Of a stretch of DNA of 64,000 nucleotides, positions 36,647-46,111 are shown one piece after another (within the stretch, counting starts at the first letter, position 1; each line of letters starts with the position of its first letter). The DNA is taken from IMG/VR virus record IMGVR_UViG_3300012983_000030; one strand, given 5' to 3'. Under the pieces are notes generated by a model, which searched no databases, was not told the DNA's origin, and saw only the letters and a list, made by a program, of their open reading frames with translations. The position numbers and the translations under genes are program-made. The stretch comes from a virus (Duplodnaviria; Heunggongvirae; Uroviricota; Caudoviricetes).

Positions 36647-37089
36647 TGTATAACATAATCAATTTAAATACTACACAATCCGTAGATATAAATTTTACAG
36701 AAAATAATATTAGTAGTATTTTAAAAAAATGTAAAACACGTGATATTCCAAAAGAAGATTATGAAAAAATAGAGGCGGGCTTAAATTTATTACGTAATGT
36801 TTTTTGTAATTTTCAAGTAGATGCTACTATAGATGAAATTGATTTAGATGAAGATGTTATAGATGAAGCCTATTCAGATTTACATGGTGATTCTACATAT
36901 GATGATGGTATGAATGATGCTTGCAATAATATTAGAAAATATAAACTTTCAATGAAACAAACACATGGAATGTTATTATACAAGCTGGATAAACTAGCAT
37001 ATAATTATGGAAAGCAAGAATCATTAACAAAAGATGAAATAAAAACGATAAAAGAACTTTTAGATTATGAATATAACAAACTATGGTAA
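36646..37089 (+). CDS. Hypothetical protein
   Basis: 147 aa, TAATG coupling. Confidence 0.55.
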   Translation: MYNIINLNTTQSVDINFTENNISSILKKCKTRDIPKEDYEKIEAGLNLLRNVFCNFQVDATIDEIDLDEDVIDEAYSDLHGDSTYDDGMNDACNNIRKYKLSMKQTHGMLLYKLDKLAYNYGKQESLTKDEIKTIKELLDYEYNKLW

Positions 37090-38087
37090 AAATTAGACTT
37101 ATTTCAGATTTACATTTTACTGGTGGTATAAATGGACCAGATTGTGATAAAACGTATAAACAGTCTGGGCTATATCACTATTTTGGTAAAAAATTACAAC
37201 AAGAAACAGATTGCGTTACATTAATAGCCGGAGATATTTTAGAAGGTTTTGATAAACATTCAGATTTTTTTAATTCTTTTTTTCCAAATCAACATGTAAT
37301 TTTTGTAGAAGGTAATCATTCTGTATATATCAGAGATAAATATACAATAGATGAAATTAAACAAGAATTAAAGAAACAATTTCCAATTACACATTGCTAT
37401 TATCACTATTTAGAAAATGATTGGATGTGGATTCCAGGTTGTAATAATGAAGTAGCAGTAATAGGTAGTACTTTTTACACAGACTATCAATATAATGTAT
37501 TTGGAGATGTAAATGAGTATAATGCTCATCAACGAAGTTTAAACGCTATGTCTCTTTTATATGGTTTACCAATGCTAGAGCGTAAACCGGCAAAAAGATT
37601 AAGTAAAAAGATGATATTACATGAAAATTTATTTTTAGCAAGAATGCGTTTAAATGATTTTAAGTGGGGCAATATCTATGATAATGATTTAAAAAGAATT
37701 AGAAATCTAGACCCAGAAGATTATTTAAAAATGCATAACAAAGCTAAATTAAAAATAGAAAATGCATATAATGAAATCTTAAAATTTAATCCAAATGCTA
37801 AAATAATTTTAATGACTCATCATTGTTTATCTCATAAATGTATCGATAAACAGTATAACAAGAGTAAAGCGAATGCTAGTTATATATCAAAATTAGATTC
37901 TTGGATTGATACGATGCCAAATATTAAATTGGTTTTTTCAGGACACGTTCACTGTAGAAAAGATTTCAAATTTGGTAAAAATAAAACACGGTATATAATA
38001 AACGCATGTGGATATATACCTTATCGAGAACCATTTAAACCGAAAAAATTTAATCCAAACCTCATAATAGATACAAATAATTTGTAG
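37083..38087 (+). CDS. Calcineurin-like metallophosphoesterase
   Basis: SDLH, IAGD, EGNH, MTHH, SGHVH. Confidence 0.9.
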   Translation: MVKIRLISDLHFTGGINGPDCDKTYKQSGLYHYFGKKLQQETDCVTLIAGDILEGFDKHSDFFNSFFPNQHVIFVEGNHSVYIRDKYTIDEIKQELKKQFPITHCYYHYLENDWMWIPGCNNEVAVIGSTFYTDYQYNVFGDVNEYNAHQRSLNAMSLLYGLPMLERKPAKRLSKKMILHENLFLARMRLNDFKWGNIYDNDLKRIRNLDPEDYLKMHNKAKLKIENAYNEILKFNPNAKIILMTHHCLSHKCIDKQYNKSKANASYISKLDSWIDTMPNIKLVFSGHVHCRKDFKFGKNKTRYIINACGYIPYREPFKPKKFNPNLIIDTNNL

Positions 38088-38094
38088 AAAGTAG

Positions 38095-38128
38095 ATCCTC
38101 TTCATATTCTATATGTAAGAGGATTTTT
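38095..38128 (+). terminator. Stem-loop/terminator
   Basis: atcctctt-catat...atatg-t-aagaggat + T-run. Confidence 0.65.
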
Positions 38129-38133
38129 ATTAA

Positions 38134-38340
38134 ATGAGGTTAAAAATGCAAAATAAAATACTATTTGATTTTCACAAAGAAGGTGATAATTGGATTTTAG
38201 TTATTACTAACAATGAAACTAATCAAAGTTTACCTCCAATTACATTGAGAGAAGATATTACACATGAAGAAGTAACAGCTTTAGCTATTGAACTAGCCAA
38301 AGGAAATATTACAGAAACTTATATTAATTTTAAAGGATAA
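38134..38340 (+). CDS. Hypothetical protein
   Basis: About 64-68 aa; RBS GAGG before MQNKIL. Confidence 0.55.
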   Translation: MRLKMQNKILFDFHKEGDNWILVITNNETNQSLPPITLREDITHEEVTALAIELAKGNITETYINFKG

Positions 38341-38344
38341 ATTC

Positions 38345-38953
38345 ATGGAAAATTTAGAAGAACTTATGGAACCAGAATTAAAAAAAGCAGTAGACGATAT
38401 AATACAAGAATTAAAAACATCTAAGTTAGTTACTACTGAATTAACGGCTTTTAGTGAGTTAGATTCGGATGTGATTACTGAATTTTGCGAAAATAATAAT
38501 CTTACTGTATTTTCTGAATTTAAAACTGCTTTGACTACCCCATATGCTTTAGCTAAATATATTATGCTATCAATCGATCAAGCAAATATAATTAAAAAAA
38601 TTGAAAGCGAATTATCTACAAAATTAGATGATGAAAAAGTCAAATATACAATTTATAAGAATTTTTCAAATCAAATTGCTTTTGAAAAAGTCATTCCTCT
38701 AAATAGTGATGAAAAACCTCAACAACTTTTAGTAAAATATAGAATTGATCAAGACACAAATAAAATAATTTATTCAATACTAGGTGGACATTGGGGTTGG
38801 GATGTTACTATTAATCAATTAAAAGCTTTATTAGAAAATCAAACAATTGTTAGTGAAACAATTTCAAAAACAGTTGCTAACAAAGTTACTAACAGTCAAG
38901 ATACTATCAGTTTGGATGCATTTGGTATTAAAATTATAGTACAAAAACCATAA
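38345..38953 (+). CDS. Hypothetical protein
   Basis: 202 aa, RBS AAGGA. Confidence 0.6.
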   Translation: MENLEELMEPELKKAVDDIIQELKTSKLVTTELTAFSELDSDVITEFCENNNLTVFSEFKTALTTPYALAKYIMLSIDQANIIKKIESELSTKLDDEKVKYTIYKNFSNQIAFEKVIPLNSDEKPQQLLVKYRIDQDTNKIIYSILGGHWGWDVTINQLKALLENQTIVSETISKTVANKVTNSQDTISLDAFGIKIIVQKP

Positions 38954-39042
38954 AAAACAAATCATTAGAAGATACGTATGTTTACTATTTGGAAAATTAA
39001 AATGAATTTTTTAAAAAATTGGTTTTTCTTTTCTGAAAATAT

Positions 39043-39495
39043 GTGTTTAATATTAAAAGCGTTAAGTTAATTTATTTGACAGGAGGCAAACAAATTATGG
39101 GTATTGTTAAAATTAGAATGAATACTTGGAATAGACGCGGAAATAGAGACACGAAGTTCAAAAGAAATGTTGCACCTCGTGAAGGGTTTTTGGATTTTTG
39201 TACAAAAACTAATACAGTTACAATAAAAAACTCTGGAAATAAATGGAAACCTTGGGATACATCAATTCCTCGTGGTAAAGATGAAGCATATATACAAAGT
39301 AGAAAAGAGCTTTATTCAGGTTTATGCTTCGAAAATAAGCAGCAAGCTCAAAAATTTATGGAAAAACATAAAGACGAGATAGCTGCTATAGCCGCGGCTA
39401 ATCCACTTTTTGATCATTGGTCAATTATGAATGTAATAGACCGCTTTAAACCGACTTCAAAAATGGTTTATGGTAAAGACATTATAGAAGATTAG
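39043..39495 (+). CDS. Hypothetical protein (likely start ATG 39097)
   Basis: RBS AGGAGG before MGIVKIRM. Confidence 0.6.
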   Translation: MFNIKSVKLIYLTGGKQIMGIVKIRMNTWNRRGNRDTKFKRNVAPREGFLDFCTKTNTVTIKNSGNKWKPWDTSIPRGKDEAYIQSRKELYSGLCFENKQQAQKFMEKHKDEIAAIAAANPLFDHWSIMNVIDRFKPTSKMVYGKDIIED

Positions 39496-39526
39496 ATTTT
39501 TAAGATATTATATAAAGGAGGTTTGA

Positions 39527-39916
39527 ATGAAGGGTTCCATCGGATATAAACAATATAAAGAGCATTTTAATTCTGCCCCAGATATCAAAATGGAAATAGC
39601 TGAGCTTTCTACATTAGGAAACTGCAGATATAATCCAAATGATAAAAAAACGGCAGATATAAGTGAATTTTTAAAACGTCCTGTCAGATATCATTTTGAC
39701 ATTAAAGTTAAACCTGCTAATGTACCTACTTTGTTTCATCATGCTTGCTATTTTGATAGTAAAGAAGATGCAGAAAAAGCACATCGTCAATTTAAAATCA
39801 AACTATACGATCAGCAAACTAAACCATATTTAGATAAGATTGCCAAAAAAAGAAATTTATCAGTAGAGGATCAAGAAAAAATTTTACAAATAATTGATAT
39901 GATTGACAAAATTTAA
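39527..39916 (+). CDS. Hypothetical protein
   Basis: 129 aa, RBS AAGGAGG. Confidence 0.6.
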   Translation: MKGSIGYKQYKEHFNSAPDIKMEIAELSTLGNCRYNPNDKKTADISEFLKRPVRYHFDIKVKPANVPTLFHHACYFDSKEDAEKAHRQFKIKLYDQQTKPYLDKIAKKRNLSVEDQEKILQIIDMIDKI

Positions 39917-40245
39917 TTTTTGTTAGGTTTTTTACGCCGTCTAATAGCTTCCATGAACTTTTCTTTATTTTCTTTAGATTTGTACCAATCGGAACGCTTT
40001 TTGGCGGCTTTTTTATTGTTTTCTTTGTATTTAGGATTAGCTTTTCTTTTAATATGTCCTTTTTTAACAGCTTCTGAATTACCTTTTGTACCTTTATACA
40101 TATCACTTCTTAAAAAGATATCTTCTTCTGGTTTTGAATGCTGAAATTTAGACTTTTGAAGCGCTCCAAAGTTTTTAAATCTTGGATCTTGTTCATTTGC
40201 TAATAATAACTCTAATGTTTCATTTAAAATTTGTTCAAGTCGCAT
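39913..40245 (-). CDS. Basic protein, putative internal head/DNA-binding protein
   Basis: MRLEQILNETLELLLANE propeptide-like start; Lys-rich remainder. Confidence 0.55.
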   Translation of the reverse strand: MRLEQILNETLELLLANEQDPRFKNFGALQKSKFQHSKPEEDIFLRSDMYKGTKGNSEAVKKGHIKRKANPKYKENNKKAAKKRSDWYKSKENKEKFMEAIRRRKKPNKN

Positions 40246-40736
40246 TATACTAATTCCTTTCCAGGTACATATAATCTTTGAGCAAAGCGATTATTTTTAT
40301 AATCAGATTCCCATACATAAATTACTCTAAATCCTAAAGAATGAAATAATTTAAATCTAGCTTTTGTAGATTCATATAATTGACGATAAGTTGTTTTTGT
40401 TAATGGATTAATAGTATCAAATACTTTTTTATATTGAAGAGGATGTGCATGAAAAAAATTACCTAAAAATTCATAAATTGTTCTAGTAGTAGCATTATAT
40501 CCATCTACAATATATACTTTTCCATTAAATCCATAAATAACTTTACTTCTTTCTGGTACTTGTAAATTAGTTAACCAAATTTCTTCACTTTTAGAAGTAC
40601 CATGTCTAAGTCTAGTTTGTCCTACTTTTACGAATCCAACTTTAGGTTTTTTAGGTTTACAGAATTTTTTAATTGCTTTTCTTGTTGCAACACGTGATTT
40701 TGCTGCTTTTGTTTTAGTTTTTTGCTTTACAATCAT
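40245..40736 (-). CDS. Vsr/DUF559-like PD-(D/E)XK endonuclease
   Basis: SKSEEIWL...VDGYN...IYEFLGNFFHAHP...GFRVIYVWESD. Confidence 0.75.
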   Translation of the reverse strand: MIVKQKTKTKAAKSRVATRKAIKKFCKPKKPKVGFVKVGQTRLRHGTSKSEEIWLTNLQVPERSKVIYGFNGKVYIVDGYNATTRTIYEFLGNFFHAHPLQYKKVFDTINPLTKTTYRQLYESTKARFKLFHSLGFRVIYVWESDYKNNRFAQRLYVPGKELV

Positions 40737-40753
40737 AATTTTTCCTTATATAT

Positions 40754-40769
40754 TCTTAATTAATAGAAC
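40754..40769 (-). promoter_or_regulatory. Motif B
   Basis: Minus strand GTTCTattaattaag; a divergent copy GTTCT at 40788 points to hsp20. Confidence 0.45.
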
Positions 40770-40796
40770 AATTAATTGTATTTAAGAGTTCTATTT

Positions 40797-40863
40797 AGTG
40801 TAAGCGCTTTATAGGCTTACGTTTATATTAATCTTGCTTAAAATTTAGGAGATTTTTAAAATG
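40797..40863 (+). promoter_or_regulatory. ROSE-like RNA thermometer in hsp20 5'-UTR
   Basis: Hairpin 1 gtaagc/gcttac (40800-40820); hairpin 2 AAUCUUGCU (40830-40838) pairs with SD AGGAGAUU (40847-40854) with bulged G. Confidence 0.7.
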
Positions 40864-41313
40864 ACAAATAAGCAAATTACACCGTTGATGCGCGGTTCTC
40901 TTTCTCGCATCATTGACTCTCAATTTTCACCTTTTATCGACGCTTTCTTTTCAAATGCTTTACCTTTAAATTTAGTAGAGCGTCAAGAGTCATTTCCAAA
41001 ATATAATATTTATCGTAAAGACAAAGATACTACTGATGAATTTACAGTAGAATTAAGTTTAGCTGGTTATCCTAAAGAGGGTTTAAAAGTATCAACTGAA
41101 GATAATGTACTATATGTAGAAGACATTACCGCTGGTACTCCAGAAAGAGATTATCTTTATAAAGGTATAGCTAGTAGAAAATTTAAATGGAGTTTAAAAC
41201 TTCCAGAATTTTCTATAATCGATAAAGTTAATTATGTTAATGGTATTTTACAAATTAATATTAAAATCGAAGTACCAGAAGAGAAAAAACCAAAAATCTA
41301 TGAAATTAAATAA
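40861..41313 (+). CDS. Small heat shock protein Hsp20 (IbpA-like)
   Basis: FPKYNI...VELSLAGY...YLYKGIASRKFKWSLKL...NGILQI...PEEKKPKIYEI. Confidence 0.95.
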   Translation: MTNKQITPLMRGSLSRIIDSQFSPFIDAFFSNALPLNLVERQESFPKYNIYRKDKDTTDEFTVELSLAGYPKEGLKVSTEDNVLYVEDITAGTPERDYLYKGIASRKFKWSLKLPEFSIIDKVNYVNGILQINIKIEVPEEKKPKIYEIK

Positions 41314-41330
41314 TATATAATAAAAGGAGG

Positions 41331-41365
41331 AGTGCCTTATTATATTATTAGTAAGGCACTTTTTT
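41331..41365 (+). terminator. Rho-independent terminator
   Basis: agtgcctta/taaggcact + T-run. Confidence 0.8.
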
Positions 41366-41396
41366 GTTTTACTTATTACAAAATATACTTTATATA
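41365..41396 (+). promoter_or_regulatory. Motif A early promoter
   Basis: TGTTTTACT followed after 17 nt by TATATA. Confidence 0.55.
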
Positions 41397-41429
41397 TTAC
41401 TTATTGTTTAATTTATCGAGGATATTTTA

Positions 41430-41852
41430 ATGTTTGGTTTTTTCAAGAAAAATAAAAAAGATAATATTATATCGCTTTTAGAATCATTACCTATAATATA
41501 TAATAGTGCTGAAAATGAACAGAAAATAATTGATTTCTTTGATGCTATTGTTTGTTATGCTAGTAAGAAAGATATTTTTGATTATTTACATAATTTATCA
41601 AAGCAAAATCGTATTCATTTTGTAAATCTTCTCACACAAAATATGTTGGGTTATATGGATTATAAAATAAGAATGATTAAAAAAGTTAAACAATTTGCAA
41701 TAGATAATAACAATATATTAAGTGATGAAACTATAATGAGACTTAGTAAATTTGTACAAGATGATTTTGAATATAGTGAAACTATCTTAGAAACATCAAA
41801 AATCATAATTAATCAATTATCAAGCGATCTTTTTGAAAGGCCAATGAAATAA
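41430..41852 (+). CDS. Hypothetical protein
   Basis: 140 aa, RBS GAGGA. Confidence 0.6.
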   Translation: MFGFFKKNKKDNIISLLESLPIIYNSAENEQKIIDFFDAIVCYASKKDIFDYLHNLSKQNRIHFVNLLTQNMLGYMDYKIRMIKKVKQFAIDNNNILSDETIMRLSKFVQDDFEYSETILETSKIIINQLSSDLFERPMK

Positions 41853-42757
41853 TGAATTTTATTCCAAATAATCCAAACTCAGATAATCCAAATTTATGGA
41901 CAACATATTCTTATAAAATCATAGGAGAGGTTGATCCAAAAATGTTAGAATTCTTACCGCCTGATATTCGTGCATTGATTGAAAAAGATCTAAAGGCAGG
42001 TAGTAATGGTACTGAATTTAAAAAACAAGAAGAAGAGAAAACTGAACCAAAAGAAAAACTCAAATTTGACTATAAAATGGTTAATTGTAATGAAGATCTA
42101 AAGACATTAACCAAAAAATTAAAAACATCTAAAGTAAAAAATTATGGTTTACTTTTATATGGTGTATCAGGTGCAGGTAAATCAATGTATGGTCAATGGT
42201 TAGCTCAAGAATTAGGTATGCCATTTATTAAGAAGAGAGCTTCTGATTTAGTAGATAAATTTGTAGGTCAAACTGAACAAAATATTCAAGCTGCATTTAA
42301 AGAAGCCAAAAAGAAAAAGGCCGTACTATTATTTGACGAAGCCGATTCATTTTTATTTGATAGGAAATATGCAAAGCAAGACTTTCAAGCATCACATGTT
42401 AATGAATTGTTAACTCAAATGGAAGATCACCCTTATCCATTTATCATGACCACAAATCTAAAAGATAAAATTGATAGAGCTTCTTTGCGTAGATTTATAT
42501 TTAAGATTAAGTATGATTACATGAAGCCAGAAAATGTAAAAGCTGGAATTAAAACATACTTTGGAAAGCAATTTAAGTTAAAACCTGAACAATTAGAAGA
42601 ATTAAAATATCTTTGTGCTGGTGATTTTAAAGTGGCTAAACGCAAGTTAGATATTTTAGAAAATGGCGAATATACAAATGAATTAATTTATCAATATCTT
42701 AAAAAAGAAATTGATGAAAAAGAGATTGATGAAGGAAGTGCTTCTATTGAATTTTAA
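41852..42757 (+). CDS. AAA+ ATPase
   Basis: Walker A GVSGAGKS, Walker B LLFDEADS, SRH MTTNLKDKIDRASLRRF. Confidence 0.9.
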   Translation: MNFIPNNPNSDNPNLWTTYSYKIIGEVDPKMLEFLPPDIRALIEKDLKAGSNGTEFKKQEEEKTEPKEKLKFDYKMVNCNEDLKTLTKKLKTSKVKNYGLLLYGVSGAGKSMYGQWLAQELGMPFIKKRASDLVDKFVGQTEQNIQAAFKEAKKKKAVLLFDEADSFLFDRKYAKQDFQASHVNELLTQMEDHPYPFIMTTNLKDKIDRASLRRFIFKIKYDYMKPENVKAGIKTYFGKQFKLKPEQLEELKYLCAGDFKVAKRKLDILENGEYTNELIYQYLKKEIDEKEIDEGSASIEF

Positions 42758-42773
42758 AAAAGGAATCTAATCT

Positions 42774-44111
42774 ATGAATGATAATTTAAAGGCTTTGTTT
42801 ACAGGTGAATATTGTTTATCAGATAGTCAAAAACAAGCATTTGATATTTTAAATAAAACTAAACACAATTTATTTGTACAAGGACAAGCAGGTACAGGTA
42901 AATCTACTTTTATTAGTTATTTACAAGCAAAGTTAGATAAAAATATCATTGTTTGTTCACCTACTGCTGTTGCTGCTTTAAATGTAGGCGGGGTTACATT
43001 ACATTCATTGTTTAGATTGCCTATTTGTGATTATATTTCTGATGATAATCTTTATAGAGGTAATCGTAAGAAAACTGCTGAATTATTAAAAGAAACTGAT
43101 TTACTAATTATTGATGAAATATCAATGGTAAGACCAGATATATTAGATGCTGTAGATAAGCTTTGCAAAAGACTTTGTAGAAGCAGAAAGCCTTTTGGTG
43201 GAATTCAAGTTTTATTAATGGGGGATTTATATCAATTACCTCCAGTTATTACAAGTGGATCTGCTAAAGTTTTTGAAACACTTTATTCAACAAAAGATGT
43301 GTATTTCTTTGATTCTGAAGCATATAAAAATGGTAATTTTGTAAATATCGAATTTGATCAGGTTTATAGACAAGCTGATATAACTTTATTAGACATGTTA
43401 AATAACTTAAGAAATAATGACAATCTTTCTAAAGTTATTGATTATTTTAATACTTGTAAAATAACAGATAAAAAAATATTAGACAATGCAGTTACCATTA
43501 CTCCTTATAAAAGTACAGCAGACGAAATAAATATTCAAAAATTAAATAAATTAACTGCTAAATCTAAAAAATATAAAGCTAGTAAAAATGGTTCATTTGA
43601 AAAGTCATCAACAGTACCTGCTCCAGAAGAATTAGTATTAAAAGAAGGTGCTTTAATTATGTTTAATAAAAATAATTCACCAGAATGGATTAATGGAAGT
43701 ACCGGTATAATTGAAACTTTAGGAAATGATGTAATTAAAGTAAAATTAATTGATTCAGATAGGACAGTTATTGTTACTAGAGAGCAATGGGAAAATAAAG
43801 AATATGAAATTGAAGAAAACTTTGATAGTAAAGGTAAACCTCTAAAACCTACTATCATTGAAAAAATAACAGGTACATATAAACAATTTCCATTACAATT
43901 AGGTTATGGATTGACTATTCATAAAGCACAAGGAAAAACATTAAGTAAAGTAAATATAGATATAAGTCATGGAGCCTTTGCGCATGGACAATTATATGTT
44001 GCTTTATCACGTACTAGAAATAAAGAAGATATGAATTTATTAAATAAAATAACAGTCAAAGATTCAATAATTAGTCCAAGAGTTATTAAATTCATGAAAT
44101 TGTTAAAGTAA
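42774..44111 (+). CDS. Pif1/RecD-like SF1B DNA helicase
   Basis: GQAGTGKST, IIDEISMV, GDLYQLPPV, VYRQ, LGYGLTIHKAQGKTL, YVALSR. Confidence 0.95.
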   Translation: MNDNLKALFTGEYCLSDSQKQAFDILNKTKHNLFVQGQAGTGKSTFISYLQAKLDKNIIVCSPTAVAALNVGGVTLHSLFRLPICDYISDDNLYRGNRKKTAELLKETDLLIIDEISMVRPDILDAVDKLCKRLCRSRKPFGGIQVLLMGDLYQLPPVITSGSAKVFETLYSTKDVYFFDSEAYKNGNFVNIEFDQVYRQADITLLDMLNNLRNNDNLSKVIDYFNTCKITDKKILDNAVTITPYKSTADEINIQKLNKLTAKSKKYKASKNGSFEKSSTVPAPEELVLKEGALIMFNKNNSPEWINGSTGIIETLGNDVIKVKLIDSDRTVIVTREQWENKEYEIEENFDSKGKPLKPTIIEKITGTYKQFPLQLGYGLTIHKAQGKTLSKVNIDISHGAFAHGQLYVALSRTRNKEDMNLLNKITVKDSIISPRVIKFMKLLK

Positions 44112-44114
44112 AAA

Positions 44115-44144
44115 ATGTCCCATTGATTTCGATTAATGGGACAT
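44115..44144. terminator. Bidirectional terminator
   Basis: atgtcccatt/aatgggacat between convergent genes. Confidence 0.75.
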
Positions 44145-44148
44145 AATA

Positions 44149-45984
44149 TTAAGCATTCCAAATATATGTAGATTGTCCAGAATCATAAATAAACAAATAT
44201 CCAGCTTCTAGCATAAGATATTCGTTACTTTCACCTTTTTTATGACTTTTATCTTTATGTAATTGTGAATAACCTCTTTGTCTTAATAAATTATCTGTAA
44301 TGTGTCTAAAAGTAACTGGATGAAACCAATGTTTAGCAGGGTCACCAAAAGTTTTTAATTTCATTCCTAACTTTTTATATACATCGCCGCTAAATTTTGA
44401 ATTATCACAGTAAGAAACAATTGAAGTGGGATTATATAATTTAATAAAATGTTTAAATAGCTTTTCTGCTCCACCTACTACTTTATAATTTGAATTAGTA
44501 CATAACCTTAATAGCTCCCATTCAAATTTTTTATTATAACGAGGTTTGCCAAAAGTCATTATTTGTATTAAATCATTGTCTTTATATAAACCTAAACATA
44601 CTTCTTGTCCCATACAACTACCTTGTAAATGATACTGCTCTAAAAATTCACCAGTTTTAGATTTAGTTACTTCTTTAATGGTTAAATTTCTAGCATATAA
44701 TGTTGTTTTAGTATTTAATAAGGCAATTATTTGATCTTCATTATCCCAATCCCAAATATGAATACATCTATATCCATTTTCTTTTGCCAAAAGTGTTTTT
44801 TCTTGGTGATAAGTCATGCTTTTTGGTTTAATTTTATGTATACCTTTATAAAAAATTTGAGAAGAATTATGTGTAAAAGTAGGATTTATTTCAATTAGAG
44901 TATTATTAACTTTTATATCATAACTTTTATTAATCAATTTAAACTCTAATTCGTTTTCTATGTTTAATTCATCTAATTTGGCTTTAAACCTTTGATTTAT
45001 TTTAGAAATAGCACCTCCTGCTTTTTGACAAGAGTCCAAAAGACACGTATAAGCTACGCCATACTTTTCTAAATTAGTTTCTTTTACCTTAGCATAATTA
45101 AATCCAGTGGTTTTACCATAACGTTCTAAATTTGTTTTTTTAATTTTTTCTTTAACTTCATCTGAAGCAGATGGATGTTCAACTCCATACCTTTTTAAAT
45201 TAGTAAGCTTTCTTTTTTGTTGTATCTTTTCATTTTCTTCTTTTGATTTATTTTCTATGGCGTTTTTAATTTTTTCTTTGACTTGATTAGATTTAGAAGC
45301 AACAGTATGACCATAACGCTTTAAATTAGTCAATTTCATTTTTTCTTTTGTATATACATCTTGCGTAACATACTCGACGCCATATTTTTCTAAATTGGTT
45401 TGCTTTATTCTTTCTTTTATCTTATCACTTTGAACAGAAAATTCAACACCGTATTTTTCTAAATTTGTATTTTTGCGTTTACTTACAATTTTAGTTATTT
45501 CTTCAGTACTTTTATTTTGCCAAGTATCAGATACCTTTTCTCGAATATCTTTAACTTGAGTGATATATTCTACACCGTATTTACTTAAATTAGTTTCTTT
45601 TATTTTATTATAATTATTTAAATTACCATATTTATTTAATTTAGTATTTTGTGTTCTTTTTAATAATTCTTTACTAGCATAACCGACTCCCCCAAAATTT
45701 TTAATAGTAGTGTTTTTCATTTTTGTATACTTATGTTCGGTTCCGCATTCATAACAACAAAAACGTTTACTGTCTATATAATTTCCAGTTTTACCATAAG
45801 CTTTTACTTCAGGAGACCAATCATATTCTTTACCGCAATGCTCACATATTCTTTTTTGTGGTAAGTTGTCTTTACGATTAAACTCATTTCTACATTGAAT
45901 TGAACAATAAGCTGATTTATATGTTCCTCTTTTAGGTTCATATTCATATTCTTTACCACAGTGTTTGCAAATGTTTTTTAGCAT
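44149..45984 (-). CDS. Hef-like endonuclease: Zn fingers + TNLxKYGV repeats + Vsr-like nuclease + GNAT-like C-terminal domain
   Basis: CKHCG/CEHCG fingers; about 9 TNLEKYGVE-type repeats; IEINPTFTH...CIHIWDWD; C-terminal YARN...HLQG...VVGGAEKLF...VSYCD. Confidence 0.75.
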   Translation of the reverse strand: MLKNICKHCGKEYEYEPKRGTYKSAYCSIQCRNEFNRKDNLPQKRICEHCGKEYDWSPEVKAYGKTGNYIDSKRFCCYECGTEHKYTKMKNTTIKNFGGVGYASKELLKRTQNTKLNKYGNLNNYNKIKETNLSKYGVEYITQVKDIREKVSDTWQNKSTEEITKIVSKRKNTNLEKYGVEFSVQSDKIKERIKQTNLEKYGVEYVTQDVYTKEKMKLTNLKRYGHTVASKSNQVKEKIKNAIENKSKEENEKIQQKRKLTNLKRYGVEHPSASDEVKEKIKKTNLERYGKTTGFNYAKVKETNLEKYGVAYTCLLDSCQKAGGAISKINQRFKAKLDELNIENELEFKLINKSYDIKVNNTLIEINPTFTHNSSQIFYKGIHKIKPKSMTYHQEKTLLAKENGYRCIHIWDWDNEDQIIALLNTKTTLYARNLTIKEVTKSKTGEFLEQYHLQGSCMGQEVCLGLYKDNDLIQIMTFGKPRYNKKFEWELLRLCTNSNYKVVGGAEKLFKHFIKLYNPTSIVSYCDNSKFSGDVYKKLGMKLKTFGDPAKHWFHPVTFRHITDNLLRQRGYSQLHKDKSHKKGESNEYLMLEAGYLFIYDSGQSTYIWNA

Positions 45985-46040
45985 ATTAATACCTTATATA
46001 AACTTATATATTTATATATTATAGAATTAAAAAGTAAAAC

Positions 46041-46075
46041 AAAAAAATGCTCTAAACATGAAGCCTAGAGCATTT
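46041..46075 (-). terminator. Terminator after tail tube gene
   Basis: aaatgctcta/tagagcattt with A-run 46041-46047. Confidence 0.7.
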
Positions 46076-46111
46076 ATATAAGTCATCTAAAAGAAAAGTG
46101 ATGATTAAAAA

